DNA of 24,000 nt from an uncultured Haemophilus sp. (GTDB taxonomy: Bacteria > Pseudomonadota > Gammaproteobacteria > Enterobacterales > Pasteurellaceae), in contig CAUUKJ010000019.1 of NCBI GenBank assembly GCA_963545995.1, positions 16,097 to 40,096 on the forward strand, given 5' to 3'. Shown here piece by piece: positions 16,944 to 23,988 of this stretch; positions within the stretch are counted from its first letter, which is position 1, and every line of letters starts with the position of its first letter. A model generated the notes under the pieces. It was not told the origin of the DNA and made no database searches. It saw only the letters and a list, made by a program, of their open reading frames with translations. The position numbers and the translations under genes were made by a program.

Positions 16944-18077
16944 TTAGTTTAACACCCAAACACGTCCAAAGTGTTTTAAAAGCCCTGCGGTTTGAGCTGC
17001 TTTTTTATTCACGCTTTCAATGCCTTGATATAAATCGAAGTGGTGCCCTTTTACTGCACCGCCCACATCAAGGGCAACCATCAAACGCATTTCGTGCTTG
17101 CCTGTCCATTCGCCATTGTCATCAATCAATGGCATTTCAACTAACAACACACTGCCCGATGGCACTAAACTTTTATCTGATGCAACAGAGGCTAGAGCCA
17201 CAAGCGGTACGCCTGCAGAACCTTTTACATCGTGCGTTTCGTCAAATTGGAAGAATACGTAAGATGGATTGCGTTCTAGCAAGCTTTGCGTGCGATGAGG
17301 ATTGCGTTTCGCCCAATCTTTGATGGCTTGAGCCGACATTTTTTCTTTCGGAATTTCACCATCTTCGACTAATAAACGTCCAACAGACGCATATTTAAAG
17401 CCATTTTGTCCAGCATAGGCAATGTGGCTTAAACGTCCTTCGCCAAAATCAATAAAGCCGCTGCCTTGTACACCTAAAAAGAAATTATCGACCATTGAGT
17501 TTGAATAGGCTAATTCCAAGCCTCGACCCGCTAAAGCCCCGTTATAAATTTGTGCACGGGTAAAGCGTTTATTTGTCGTTGGCAAACGGTATAAAGGATG
17601 TTGAAACTCGCCTTGTGGCGAGCGACGTGCTTGTAACACAGGAGCGTAATAGCCCGTAAAATTCACGTTTTGATAGCCATCTTGCCCACGCATTAGATTG
17701 ATATTAATGCCGTATTTGCTGAGATCGTTGACATTCGCTCCTGCATCGACCCAGCGTTGCACTTTGCTATAAACGCCTGCATAACTGCCTGTAATGCGGC
17801 TTGAATAGCTGCGAACATAGTTGAGTTGCGAGATAAAATCTCTGCCGTTGACAATGGGTTGCTTATTTTCGACCGCTTGCACTCGAGCGAAATTCATATA
17901 AGAAGGCATAATTTGGCGGTTTTGATAAATCGCTCCCAATTTAGCATTTTCAGCATAAATGCCCGTTACTGAATTTTTTTTTCCTGTTGGTTTTGAAGAA
18001 CAAGCAACAATCAAAGCTGAAAATAGCACTGCACTTGTCCATTTGGCATAAGCTTTCCAATTCATCATAAATTCCAT
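16944..18077 (-). CDS. mltA: Membrane-bound lytic murein transglycosylase A (lipoprotein)
   Basis: The lipobox is SALIVAC|SS. The sequence is MltA-like throughout, including the C-terminal 3D-domain motif DVGGAVKGHHFDLYQGIE. The start is uncertain: ATGs at 18077, 18068 and 18065, and the track's TTG at 18095. Confidence 0.88.
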   Translation of the reverse strand: MEFMMNWKAYAKWTSAVLFSALIVACSSKPTGKKNSVTGIYAENAKLGAIYQNRQIMPSYMNFARVQAVENKQPIVNGRDFISQLNYVRSYSSRITGSYAGVYSKVQRWVDAGANVNDLSKYGININLMRGQDGYQNVNFTGYYAPVLQARRSPQGEFQHPLYRLPTTNKRFTRAQIYNGALAGRGLELAYSNSMVDNFFLGVQGSGFIDFGEGRLSHIAYAGQNGFKYASVGRLLVEDGEIPKEKMSAQAIKDWAKRNPHRTQSLLERNPSYVFFQFDETHDVKGSAGVPLVALASVASDKSLVPSGSVLLVEMPLIDDNGEWTGKHEMRLMVALDVGGAVKGHHFDLYQGIESVNKKAAQTAGLLKHFGRVWVLN

Positions 18078-18235
18078 CGTTTGTAATAAAAACAAGGTGC
18101 ATAATCTAGCAAAATTTAGGCAAAAACGATAGTGAATTCCTCATTATTTTATAAGGCAAGAAAGGGCTGAATTGAGTGATTTATGCTAGATTTGGTTTAT
18201 AAATAGTCAAACAAACGCTTTTTGATAAATTCCAC

Positions 18236-18263
18236 TTGCAATTTATGCTAATGAGCGTATTAT
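18236..18263 (+). promoter_or_regulatory. Promoter of tRNA-fMet (-35 TTGCAA, 16-nt spacer, -10 TATTAT, GC-rich discriminator)
   Basis: The hexamers are at 18236-18241 and 18258-18263. GCATCGC follows the -10, as expected for a stringently controlled stable-RNA promoter. Confidence 0.55.
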
Positions 18264-18276
18264 GCATCGCATCAGA

Positions 18277-18353
<77 letters not shown>

Positions 18354-18360
18354 AATTCTT

Positions 18361-18390
18361 AACCCCTTGATTTATATCAAGGGGTTTTTT
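18361..18390 (+). terminator. Intrinsic terminator after tRNA-fMet
   Basis: AACCCCTTGAT, loop, ATCAAGGGGTT, then TTTT. Confidence 0.8.
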
Positions 18391-18400
18391 CTTATATATC

Positions 18401-18456
18401 AAAAACAAAACCCTCGCCCTCAAGTGGGAGAGTGATTGTAAGGGCGGATTTTTACT
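18401..18456. repeat. Solo copy of the AAAAACAAAACCCTCGCCC..GGGAGAGTGATT.. hairpin module that is arrayed at 21.6-22.2 kb
   Basis: AAAAACAAAACCCTCGCCCTCAAGTGGGAGAGTGATTGTAAGGGCGGATTTTTAC aligns by eye with the modules at 21721-21780 and 22043-22090. Confidence 0.6.
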
Positions 18457-18535
18457 ATAAATAACAAAAATAACCGCTTGCACCTCGCTTTCTCTCTGTT
18501 TTAAACTACCAAAAACGTTTCACTCATTTATTCTT

Positions 18536-20008
18536 ATGCAAAATTCAACCGCCAATATTTTTACTGTTACCCAGCTGAATTATTCCGTTCGTCATCTGCT
18601 TGAATCTGAACTCGGGCAGGTTTGGCTCATGGGGGAAATTTCGAATTTTAGCCAACCTGTTTCGGGGCATTGGTATCTCACGCTTAAAGATGAAAATGCA
18701 CAGGTGCGTTGTGCGATGTTTCGAATGAAAAATATGCGAGTAAATTTCCGCCCACAAAACGGAATGCAAGTGTTGGTTCGAGCAAGTGTCAGCCTTTATG
18801 AGCCTCGTGGCGACTATCAGCTTATCATTGAAAGTATGCAACCCGCAGGCGATGGCTTGTTGCAACAACAATTTGAACAGCTCAAAATGAAACTGGCTGC
18901 TCTTGGGCTTTTTAGTCAAGAGCATAAAAAACCGATTCCGAAATTTGTGAAAACGGTAGGAATTATTACTTCGCCAAGTGGAGCAGCATTACAAGATATT
19001 TTGCATATTTTGCACCGTCGCAATCCCAGTTTAGAGGTCATTATTTACCCAACGTTAGTGCAAGGCAAAGAAGCCACGCAAGATATTGTGGATACCCTTC
19101 AACTTGCGAATCAGCGAAAAGAGTGTGATGTGATTATTCTCGGGCGGGGTGGCGGTTCCCTTGAAGATCTTTGGTGTTTTAATGAAGAAGTGGTGGCTCA
19201 CGCCATTTATCAATCAGAGCTACCGATCATCAGTGCCGTTGGGCACGAAACGGATGTCACCATTGCGGATTTTGTTGCCGATCTTCGTGCCCCCACGCCC
19301 TCTGCAGCGGCGGAATTAGTCAGCCGTGATCAGCAAGAAATTTTGCGACAGCTGCAACATCAGCTCAATATGGTAAATCTTGCGTTTGATCGTTTTTGGT
19401 CAGAAAAAATGGCTCGTTTTCAACAGCTAACGCTTCGCTTAAATGCTCAAAATCCTGCGAAAAAATTAGAGCTTCAGCATTTCAAATTAAACCAAATTTT
19501 TGACCGCTTACAAGGGCAAGTTCTACAGCTTTTCAAAGCTAAAGAACAGAAAATCGCTCAGCTATTTTTATGGATTCAGGCAAAACATCCAAGTCGCCAG
19601 CTTGAGATGCAGAAACTACATTTTAAACAGCAAGAAGCGAAACTCTATCAGCAAATAGAGCAGCTGCTTAACGCACGCGTTCAACGTTTTTCTTTAGCAA
19701 AACAACGTTTAGATAACACCTCATTGCCACATAAAATTCAGCGACAAACACACTATTTGCACCAACTATCGCAACGCTTAAATTATGCGATGGAAAAACA
19801 ATACAGCAAAGAGCAGCAAGCTTTTCAGGCACTGTGTACCAAACTAGATGGACTTAGTCCGCTTAAAATTTTAGGGCGCGGCTATTCCATCACACAAAAC
19901 GATCAACATCACGTATTAACGAATACAAAACAGGTGGCGATCGGGGATCGAATTATTACCCAGCTTTCTGATGGACAAATGATCAGCGAAGTCATTTCGT
20001 TAAAATAG
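18536..20008 (+). CDS. xseA: Exodeoxyribonuclease VII large subunit
   Basis: The N-terminal OB fold reads [44 protein letters not shown]. The catalytic core reads [16 protein letters not shown]...[18 protein letters not shown]...[30 protein letters not shown] long coiled-coil tail follows. Confidence 0.93.
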   Translation: MQNSTANIFTVTQLNYSVRHLLESELGQVWLMGEISNFSQPVSGHWYLTLKDENAQVRCAMFRMKNMRVNFRPQNGMQVLVRASVSLYEPRGDYQLIIESMQPAGDGLLQQQFEQLKMKLAALGLFSQEHKKPIPKFVKTVGIITSPSGAALQDILHILHRRNPSLEVIIYPTLVQGKEATQDIVDTLQLANQRKECDVIILGRGGGSLEDLWCFNEEVVAHAIYQSELPIISAVGHETDVTIADFVADLRAPTPSAAAELVSRDQQEILRQLQHQLNMVNLAFDRFWSEKMARFQQLTLRLNAQNPAKKLELQHFKLNQIFDRLQGQVLQLFKAKEQKIAQLFLWIQAKHPSRQLEMQKLHFKQQEAKLYQQIEQLLNARVQRFSLAKQRLDNTSLPHKIQRQTHYLHQLSQRLNYAMEKQYSKEQQAFQALCTKLDGLSPLKILGRGYSITQNDQHHVLTNTKQVAIGDRIITQLSDGQMISEVISLK

Positions 20009-20192
20009 CGTTGTTTCTTTTTTGTGCTAGAGGTAAATGGAAAGAAATAATCCTTTAAAATCAGATAGATAGAAAGTTATTCTATAAGTTACTCACGAGG
20101 TTATCCACAGATCGTGTGCATAACTTCGTGGCTGAATCGTCATTAAGTTGATGAATTTTAGAACGATCAAATATTAAAAGAAAATAAACCGC

Positions 20193-20221
20193 TTGCAATC
20201 ATATAAGAGAATTCCTATAAT
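20193..20221 (+). promoter_or_regulatory. Near-consensus sigma70 promoter of tRNA-Leu (-35 TTGCAA, 17-nt spacer, -10 TATAAT)
   Basis: The hexamers are at 20193-20198 and 20216-20221. The -35 is embedded in the USS-like AACCGCTTGCAA. Confidence 0.65.
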
Positions 20222-20267
20222 TCACGTCATTACATATCCTGTAATATCAACTTAACATTTCAAATTA

Positions 20268-20353
20268 GCCAGTGTGACGAAATTGGTAGACGTAGCGGAT
20301 TCAAAATCCGCCGCCCATAAAGCGTGCCGGTTCGAGTCCGGCCACTGGCACCA
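20268..20353 (+). tRNA. leuX: tRNA-Leu (anticodon CAA), class II with a long variable arm; leuX equivalent
   Basis: The sequence is GCCAGTGTGACGAAATTGGTAGACGTAGCGGATTCAAAATCCGCCGCCCATAAAGCGTGCCGGTTCGAGTCCGGCCACTGGCACCA. The acceptor stem GCCAGTG/CACTGGC pairs, the anticodon loop is TTCAAAA and CCA is encoded. It is similar to E. coli tRNA-Leu(CAA). Confidence 0.95.
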
Positions 20354-20529
20354 TTTACAAGTTTTTAACCGTTCGTAAGCCGTTTAAAATTCTTCAAAAA
20401 TTCCGAAAAATCCATTTAATATCAATATATTACTGTTCTTATTTGTTTGTAACTGTTTTTTTCTGTTCTTCTATATTCACGATTTTTAGGCGACTGTATA
20501 GCTAATAGCAAACACTAAAGACGATCATC

Positions 20530-20590
20530 GTAGGGGCGTGTTGCACGCACCCTTTGAGCGGATATCAGGGCGTGTGTAACACGCCCCTAC
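20530..20590. repeat. 61-bp palindromic element with perfect 13-bp terminal inverted repeats (GTAGGGGCGTGTT / AACACGCCCCTAC)
   Basis: Read directly. It belongs to the same GTAGGG...CCCTAC family as 10911-11004. Confidence 0.7.
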
Positions 20591-20616
20591 GTAAGAACCA
20601 CACAGTTGTTACTAAT

Positions 20617-20645
20617 TTGACAAGCTAAAAAAGCAACAGTATGAT
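20617..20645 (+). promoter_or_regulatory. Sigma70 promoter of the YafO-type TA operon (-35 TTGACA, 17-nt spacer, -10 TATGAT)
   Basis: The hexamers are at 20617-20622 and 20640-20645. An AAGGAGG Shine-Dalgarno lies at 20660-20666. Confidence 0.6.
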
Positions 20646-20671
20646 CCCGATAAATTCCCAAGGAGGTTTAT

Positions 20672-20869
20672 ATGGTGATTTCAATGCTACAGCCCGTTCG
20701 TGCTTTTCCATTGAATGGGATTTTAAGCCTAAATATGCAAATCAAAAGCCAACAAAAGTGCGTGCCAGAATTAAGCCAAGCAGATAAAACCTTGTTTGCT
20801 AACATTGAAGCAAGTGCAAAAAAAATGACACAGCAAGAATTGATGGCAATGATGGGGCTTGTTCATTAA
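20672..20869 (+). CDS. Putative antitoxin partner of the YafO-like toxin (65 aa, family not recognised)
   Basis: It has a strong Shine-Dalgarno. Its stop TAA overlaps the toxin ATG (TAATG), which implies translational coupling. Position and size fit a type II antitoxin, but I do not recognise the sequence itself. Confidence 0.5.
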   Translation: MVISMLQPVRAFPLNGILSLNMQIKSQQKCVPELSQADKTLFANIEASAKKMTQQELMAMMGLVH

Positions 20870-21291
20870 TGAATGTCAGCCACACCCAACTATTTGAACA
20901 ATATGCACAAGTATCAAACATTGATCTTGTGCTTTTTGTTAAGCGTTTCAAAGAGTGGAAACAAGCAGGCGAAGAAAGCAGTTATTTCTTCGGCAAAGAC
21001 GGTTTTTATAGCCCAATTATGCACGGTTTACGCCACGTGCATATTGTACCTGTACTAAGCGTGCTAGATAAGCAACGTTGGGATAAGCATTGGCAAACAG
21101 GACAAAGACGCACAAGTGATACTTGCCTTGTTTATGTGGAAGATAATCAAGATTTTTTACTGGTAAGCATTTTGCCCGAACCGCTTGCCCATAAAATTGC
21201 CCGTCAAGAAACAGCAGATGATCGCCTAATTATGCAAAGGTTTTACCATATCGCAGAACAATTCTATTTTTATCGTAAAATCGTGGCATAA
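20869..21291 (+). CDS. yafO: YafO-family type II toxin (ribosome-dependent mRNA interferase family)
   Basis: The 140-aa ORF aligns by eye with my memory of E. coli YafO. FFGKDGFYS matches IFGRDALYD, LRHVHIV matches VAHIHL, RRTSDTCLVYVED matches SRTNDEAHLVYCQ, and LLVSILPEPLAHKIAR matches LLIAILKPEPHKLAR. Confidence 0.7.
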   Translation: MNVSHTQLFEQYAQVSNIDLVLFVKRFKEWKQAGEESSYFFGKDGFYSPIMHGLRHVHIVPVLSVLDKQRWDKHWQTGQRRTSDTCLVYVEDNQDFLLVSILPEPLAHKIARQETADDRLIMQRFYHIAEQFYFYRKIVA

Positions 21292-21338
21292 CAAAACAAA
21301 GATTATTTTATATTGTATTTTTTCATTATAAACAAAAG

Positions 21339-21620
21339 TTGATAACAGAACACCCGCTACAAGCTATAGCGTGGTTGCATTTAGCTTTTGAAAGTATCCA
21401 TCCTTTTATTGATGGAAACGGTAGAACAGGGCGATTATTATTGAATTTTGAATTACTGAAAAACGGTTATTTGCCCGTAGATATAAAATTCAAAGATAGA
21501 GCGAAATATTATCAATGTTTTGATGATTACCATAAAACAGGCACATCATTAGCATTATGCGATTTAATTGCACATTATGAGAAAAGCGAACTAGAAAGAT
21601 ATATCACTATTTTAAAATAA
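21339..21620 (+). pseudogene. 5'-truncated Fic-domain gene remnant (retains the active-site motif and C-terminal helices only)
   Basis: It contains HPFIDGNGRTGRLLLN (Fic motif HPFxxGNGRxxR) only 21 residues after the ORF opens at a TTG. The in-frame upstream sequence is AT-rich non-coding DNA. About 100 aa of the normal N-terminal Fic fold are missing. Confidence 0.7.
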
Positions 21621-21626
21621 TGGCTT

Positions 21627-22215
21627 CCCCCTCTCTCTGCCAAAATTGCCTTCGCAATTTCGGCTGTCTCTCTCCCTCGAGGGGAGATAGTGATTGCTTC
21701 TTCGATTTAGCATACCTCACAAAAACAAAACCTTCGCTCCTTGGGAGAGAGTGATTTTTCTCCGATTTTACACACCCTACAAAAAACAAAACCCTCGCCC
21801 CTTGAGGGAGAGGGATAATTTCAATTCGTTCAGAATTGAAATTCGGGAGAGGGGTAAGCGGTCAAATCTGACCGCTTATTTACAAAATTTATATCGCAGC
21901 CCCCTCTCTCTGCCAAAATTGCCTTCGCAATTTCGGCTGTCTCTCTCCCTCAAGGGGAGAGAGTGATTTTTCTCTCCGATTTTACGCACCTTACAAAAAA
22001 ACTTCGCTCCTTGTGGGAGAGAGTGATTTTTTCTCCGATTTAGTATATCCCACAAAAACAAAACCCTCGCCCCTTGAGGGAGAGGGATAATTTCAATTCG
22101 TTTAGAATTGAAATTCGGGAGAGGGGAAAGCGGTCAAATTTGACCGCTCATTTACAAAATTAATATCGCAGCCCTCTCTCTGCCAAAATTGCCTTACGCA
22201 ATTTCCGTTGCTTTA
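21627..22215. repeat. Tandem repeat, ~272-bp unit x ~2.2 copies, itself built of ~60-bp hairpin modules (REP/MITE-like)
   Basis: CCCCCTCTCTCTGCCAAAATTGCCTTCGCAATTTCGGCTGTCTCTCTCCCTC starts at both 21627 and 21900, with a shorter third start at 22172. The unit ends are near-identical and the middles are more diverged. Internal hairpins include CTCTCCCTCAAGGGGAGAG, CCCTCGCCCCTTGAGGGAGAGGG, AATTTCAATTC..GAATTGAAATT and the USS dyad AAGCGGTCAAATCTGACCGCTT. Confidence 0.85.
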
Positions 22216-22241
22216 CCTTCGGGGCGGTTGAAAAATAAGTG

Positions 22242-22605
22242 CTATTGTGGGTCGATTAAATCAATCAATTTCATAATCACTTCATCGATTAAATAACTTT
22301 CCGCTTTAGTTGAGAATTTGGCTTGACGTTCTTTTAAGTCTAATGCACGGACTTGATGGCAAAGAATCACACCGTGAATTTTACCTGATTCGGTACTATT
22401 GCCATCAATTGCCACCGTGACACTTTGCGAACGTGATGCTAATGCTCTCGTTGAAATAGGACAACAAATCGCGGTGCCAAGTGCCTTATTAATTTGCTCA
22501 TCGGATACCACAATAAAGTAATGCGGATTTCGCAATTCGTGCCTTTTTGTTGGGTCTGGATCGACATACCAAATTTCGCCTTTTTTTAGCGATACGCTCA
22601 GCCAT
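22242..22605 (-). pseudogene. MazF/PemK/ChpBK-family toxin gene, disrupted by a +1 frameshift in an A7 homopolymer
   Basis: The ATG at 22605-22603 overlaps the antitoxin stop (TAATG). It reads MAERIAKK and then enters A7 (plus-strand T7 at 22581-22587). With A6 the frame would continue as GEIWYVDPDPTKRHELRNPHYFIVVSDEQ...GVILCHQVRALDLKERQAKF..., a full-length ChpBK-like protein of 120 aa. As sequenced, the length is 364 nt (3n+1). Confidence 0.75.
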
Positions 22606-22865
22606 TACCATACCTCTTTGCCTACAGGCTCAAGATCGATAATATCTGCATTTAGCTGCTGAATTTCTTGGCTATCAATCCCCGCCAGCAATTCCGCTAC
22701 GGTTTTCCGCCCTCTTGCTTGACGCTTGATTGGCGTAAGCACCACTTTTTCGCCTTCAGCTTCTAAATTGATTTTATTGCCAATTTGCCAGCCCATTTGT
22801 TGCAAAATCGCCATTGGTACGGTTAAAACTGCCGCTCCACCTTGTTGTCTTAACGTTGCTTGCAT
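22605..22865 (-). CDS. MazE/PemI/ChpS-family (SpoVT-AbrB fold) antitoxin
   Basis: The ATG at 22865 follows an AAGGGAGAG Shine-Dalgarno. The protein reads MQATLRQQGGAAVLTVPMAILQQMGWQIGNKINLEAEGEKVVLTP...TVAELLAGI...EPVGKEVW and ends KEVW like E. coli MazE. The track's start at 22925 falls inside the promoter. Confidence 0.8.
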   Translation of the reverse strand: MQATLRQQGGAAVLTVPMAILQQMGWQIGNKINLEAEGEKVVLTPIKRQARGRKTVAELLAGIDSQEIQQLNADIIDLEPVGKEVW

Positions 22866-22880
22866 AATCTCTCCCTTTAG

Positions 22881-22925
22881 TGTTACTTTGTGTAACATTG
22901 TAGAAGGGAAGTTATTTTTTTGCAA
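22881..22925 (-). promoter_or_regulatory. Promoter plus palindromic operator of the mazEF-like operon
   Basis: On the minus strand the -35 is TTGCAA (22925-22920), the spacer is 17 nt and the -10 is TACAAT (22902-22897). The palindrome TGTTACACAAAGTAACA (22897-22881) follows immediately. Confidence 0.6.
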
Positions 22926-23023
22926 GTTGGCGTGAAATAAAATATTACCTCTGATTTATATTTCAAAAGCGATACGATGAACGAATTCAAAAATAATGAA
23001 TAACCAAACACTTCTACGCATTA

Positions 23024-23467
23024 CTAATATTCTAGCGGAGCTACATAATTATTTAGCTGTTCAAGCTTAGGTTTACCTAAATTAAAAAATTGTGTTTCAC
23101 TTTTATTAATAAGTGCTGGAATAAGGCTGTCAATTCTTTCGTGTGCATCAGGATGAATAATATCAAGAATGCGTACATATTCAGGACAAAGCCAGTGACG
23201 AATAAAAACAACAAAATTATTAGATGTTCTAGACTGACCTTTAGGTTTTCTCCAAGATACAGAGTTTAATTCTTTCTCTGATAGAGCAACATGTAGCTTA
23301 GAAAGTTTATATTCTTTTGCTGAAGGATTATTATCTAATCCACTATAATGACCAAGAAAATTTGGATATATTTCTGCACCGCTTTCTAAAACAAGGGCAA
23401 CACCTTTAGCAATTTTATCAATATGAGGGAAATCAACTAAATCATCGCTTACAGAAACATAAATCAT
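23024..23467 (-). CDS. Second YafO-like protein (putative toxin)
   Basis: It shares the YafO pattern with ORF 20869-21291: KLSKLHVAL, QSRTSNNFVVFI and VRILDIIHPDAHERI. The ATG at 23467 overlaps the upstream stop as ATGA. The track's start at 23479 is 4 codons further upstream. Confidence 0.5.
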   Translation of the reverse strand: MIYVSVSDDLVDFPHIDKIAKGVALVLESGAEIYPNFLGHYSGLDNNPSAKEYKLSKLHVALSEKELNSVSWRKPKGQSRTSNNFVVFIRHWLCPEYVRILDIIHPDAHERIDSLIPALINKSETQFFNLGKPKLEQLNNYVAPLEY

Positions 23468-23988
23468 CTTATAGTACATTCCTTCGCTGCTTGGTTGATT
23501 GCAGTAAGATCAACGGCAGACATTTCTAAATCCCCGACATTACTTACTTTTACTAATCCACTTTTTTCCTTAACTCTAGCAAGAGAATAATCCAATTCCA
23601 CAATGCTATTCGTATAAGCACGATATTGTTTGCTAAATTCAGACATAATACGAGCTTCGTGTTTATCTACAAGAATGGTTGAATTCAGGTCTAATAAAGT
23701 ACGAATTGCCATTAAAATATCAAATTGTTCTGGGCTAATTTTGAATTTGTCTTGGATTAAGCTTGCATTTAATTGATCAATTTTTTGAGAAAGTTGTAAT
23801 ACTTTATTAAATAATTCTCGAACTGAAACATCATCAGCCTTATTTGCTAATGATTGCATCATACTTACAGATTCACGCACGCTATTAAGCTGTTCAGTAT
23901 TATGTTGTTTTGCATAAGCGTTGCCTGTAATCGCAGAGAGTAGACTGGTTGCCACCGTAATTACTTTAGTTGTAGCTGTTTTTTTCAT
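23464..23988 (-). CDS. Hypothetical helical protein with a predicted Sec signal peptide, translationally coupled to the YafO-like gene
   Basis: MKKTATTKVITVATSLLSAITGNAYA|KQ has n-, h- and c-regions with an AxA cleavage site. The remainder is Q/L/S-rich and helical in appearance. I do not recognise a family. Confidence 0.5.
   Translation of the reverse strand: MKKTATTKVITVATSLLSAITGNAYAKQHNTEQLNSVRESVSMMQSLANKADDVSVRELFNKVLQLSQKIDQLNASLIQDKFKISPEQFDILMAIRTLLDLNSTILVDKHEARIMSEFSKQYRAYTNSIVELDYSLARVKEKSGLVKVSNVGDLEMSAVDLTAINQAAKECTIR

Noticed and set aside
17974-17982. T9 homopolymer (A9 on the coding strand, codons TGKKNSV) near the 5' end of mltA, and T8 at 10202-10209 in ndh (GKKKKAE), as possible slip-strand switches
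   Set aside because: Both encode lysine runs in intact housekeeping genes of an AT-rich genome. There is no evidence of variation from a single sequence, and phase variation of ndh or mltA is implausible. I note them only as sites prone to sequencing indels.
18101-18195. 9-bp inverted repeat AATCTAGCA / TGCTAGATT about 80 bp apart, upstream of mltA
   Set aside because: It is short, AT-rich and widely spaced, which is compatible with chance. There is no associated feature.
20101-20109. Perfect DnaA box TTATCCACA between xseA and tRNA-Leu (possible origin or DnaA-titration site)
   Set aside because: I could find only a single box, with no cluster of boxes, AT-rich 13-mers or origin-associated genes. 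One 9-mer is insufficient for any call.
20873-21058. Track ORF 20873..21058 (+), and 22726..22935 (+)
   Set aside because: These are alternative-frame or antisense ORFs nested in the YafO-like toxin gene and the MazE-like antitoxin gene respectively.
21607-22061. Track ORFs 21607..21789 (-), 21694..21966 (+) and 21876..22061 (-)
   Set aside because: They lie entirely within the hairpin-module tandem repeat. Their translations are repetitive artefacts of the repeat (SLPLRERD, PLRERD). They overlap each other on both strands and have no Shine-Dalgarno.
21620-22240. Possible CRISPR array
   Set aside because: The repeats are not short, uniform direct repeats separated by unique spacers of constant length. 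The structure is a ~272-bp tandem duplication of heterogeneous palindromic modules, and no cas genes are nearby.
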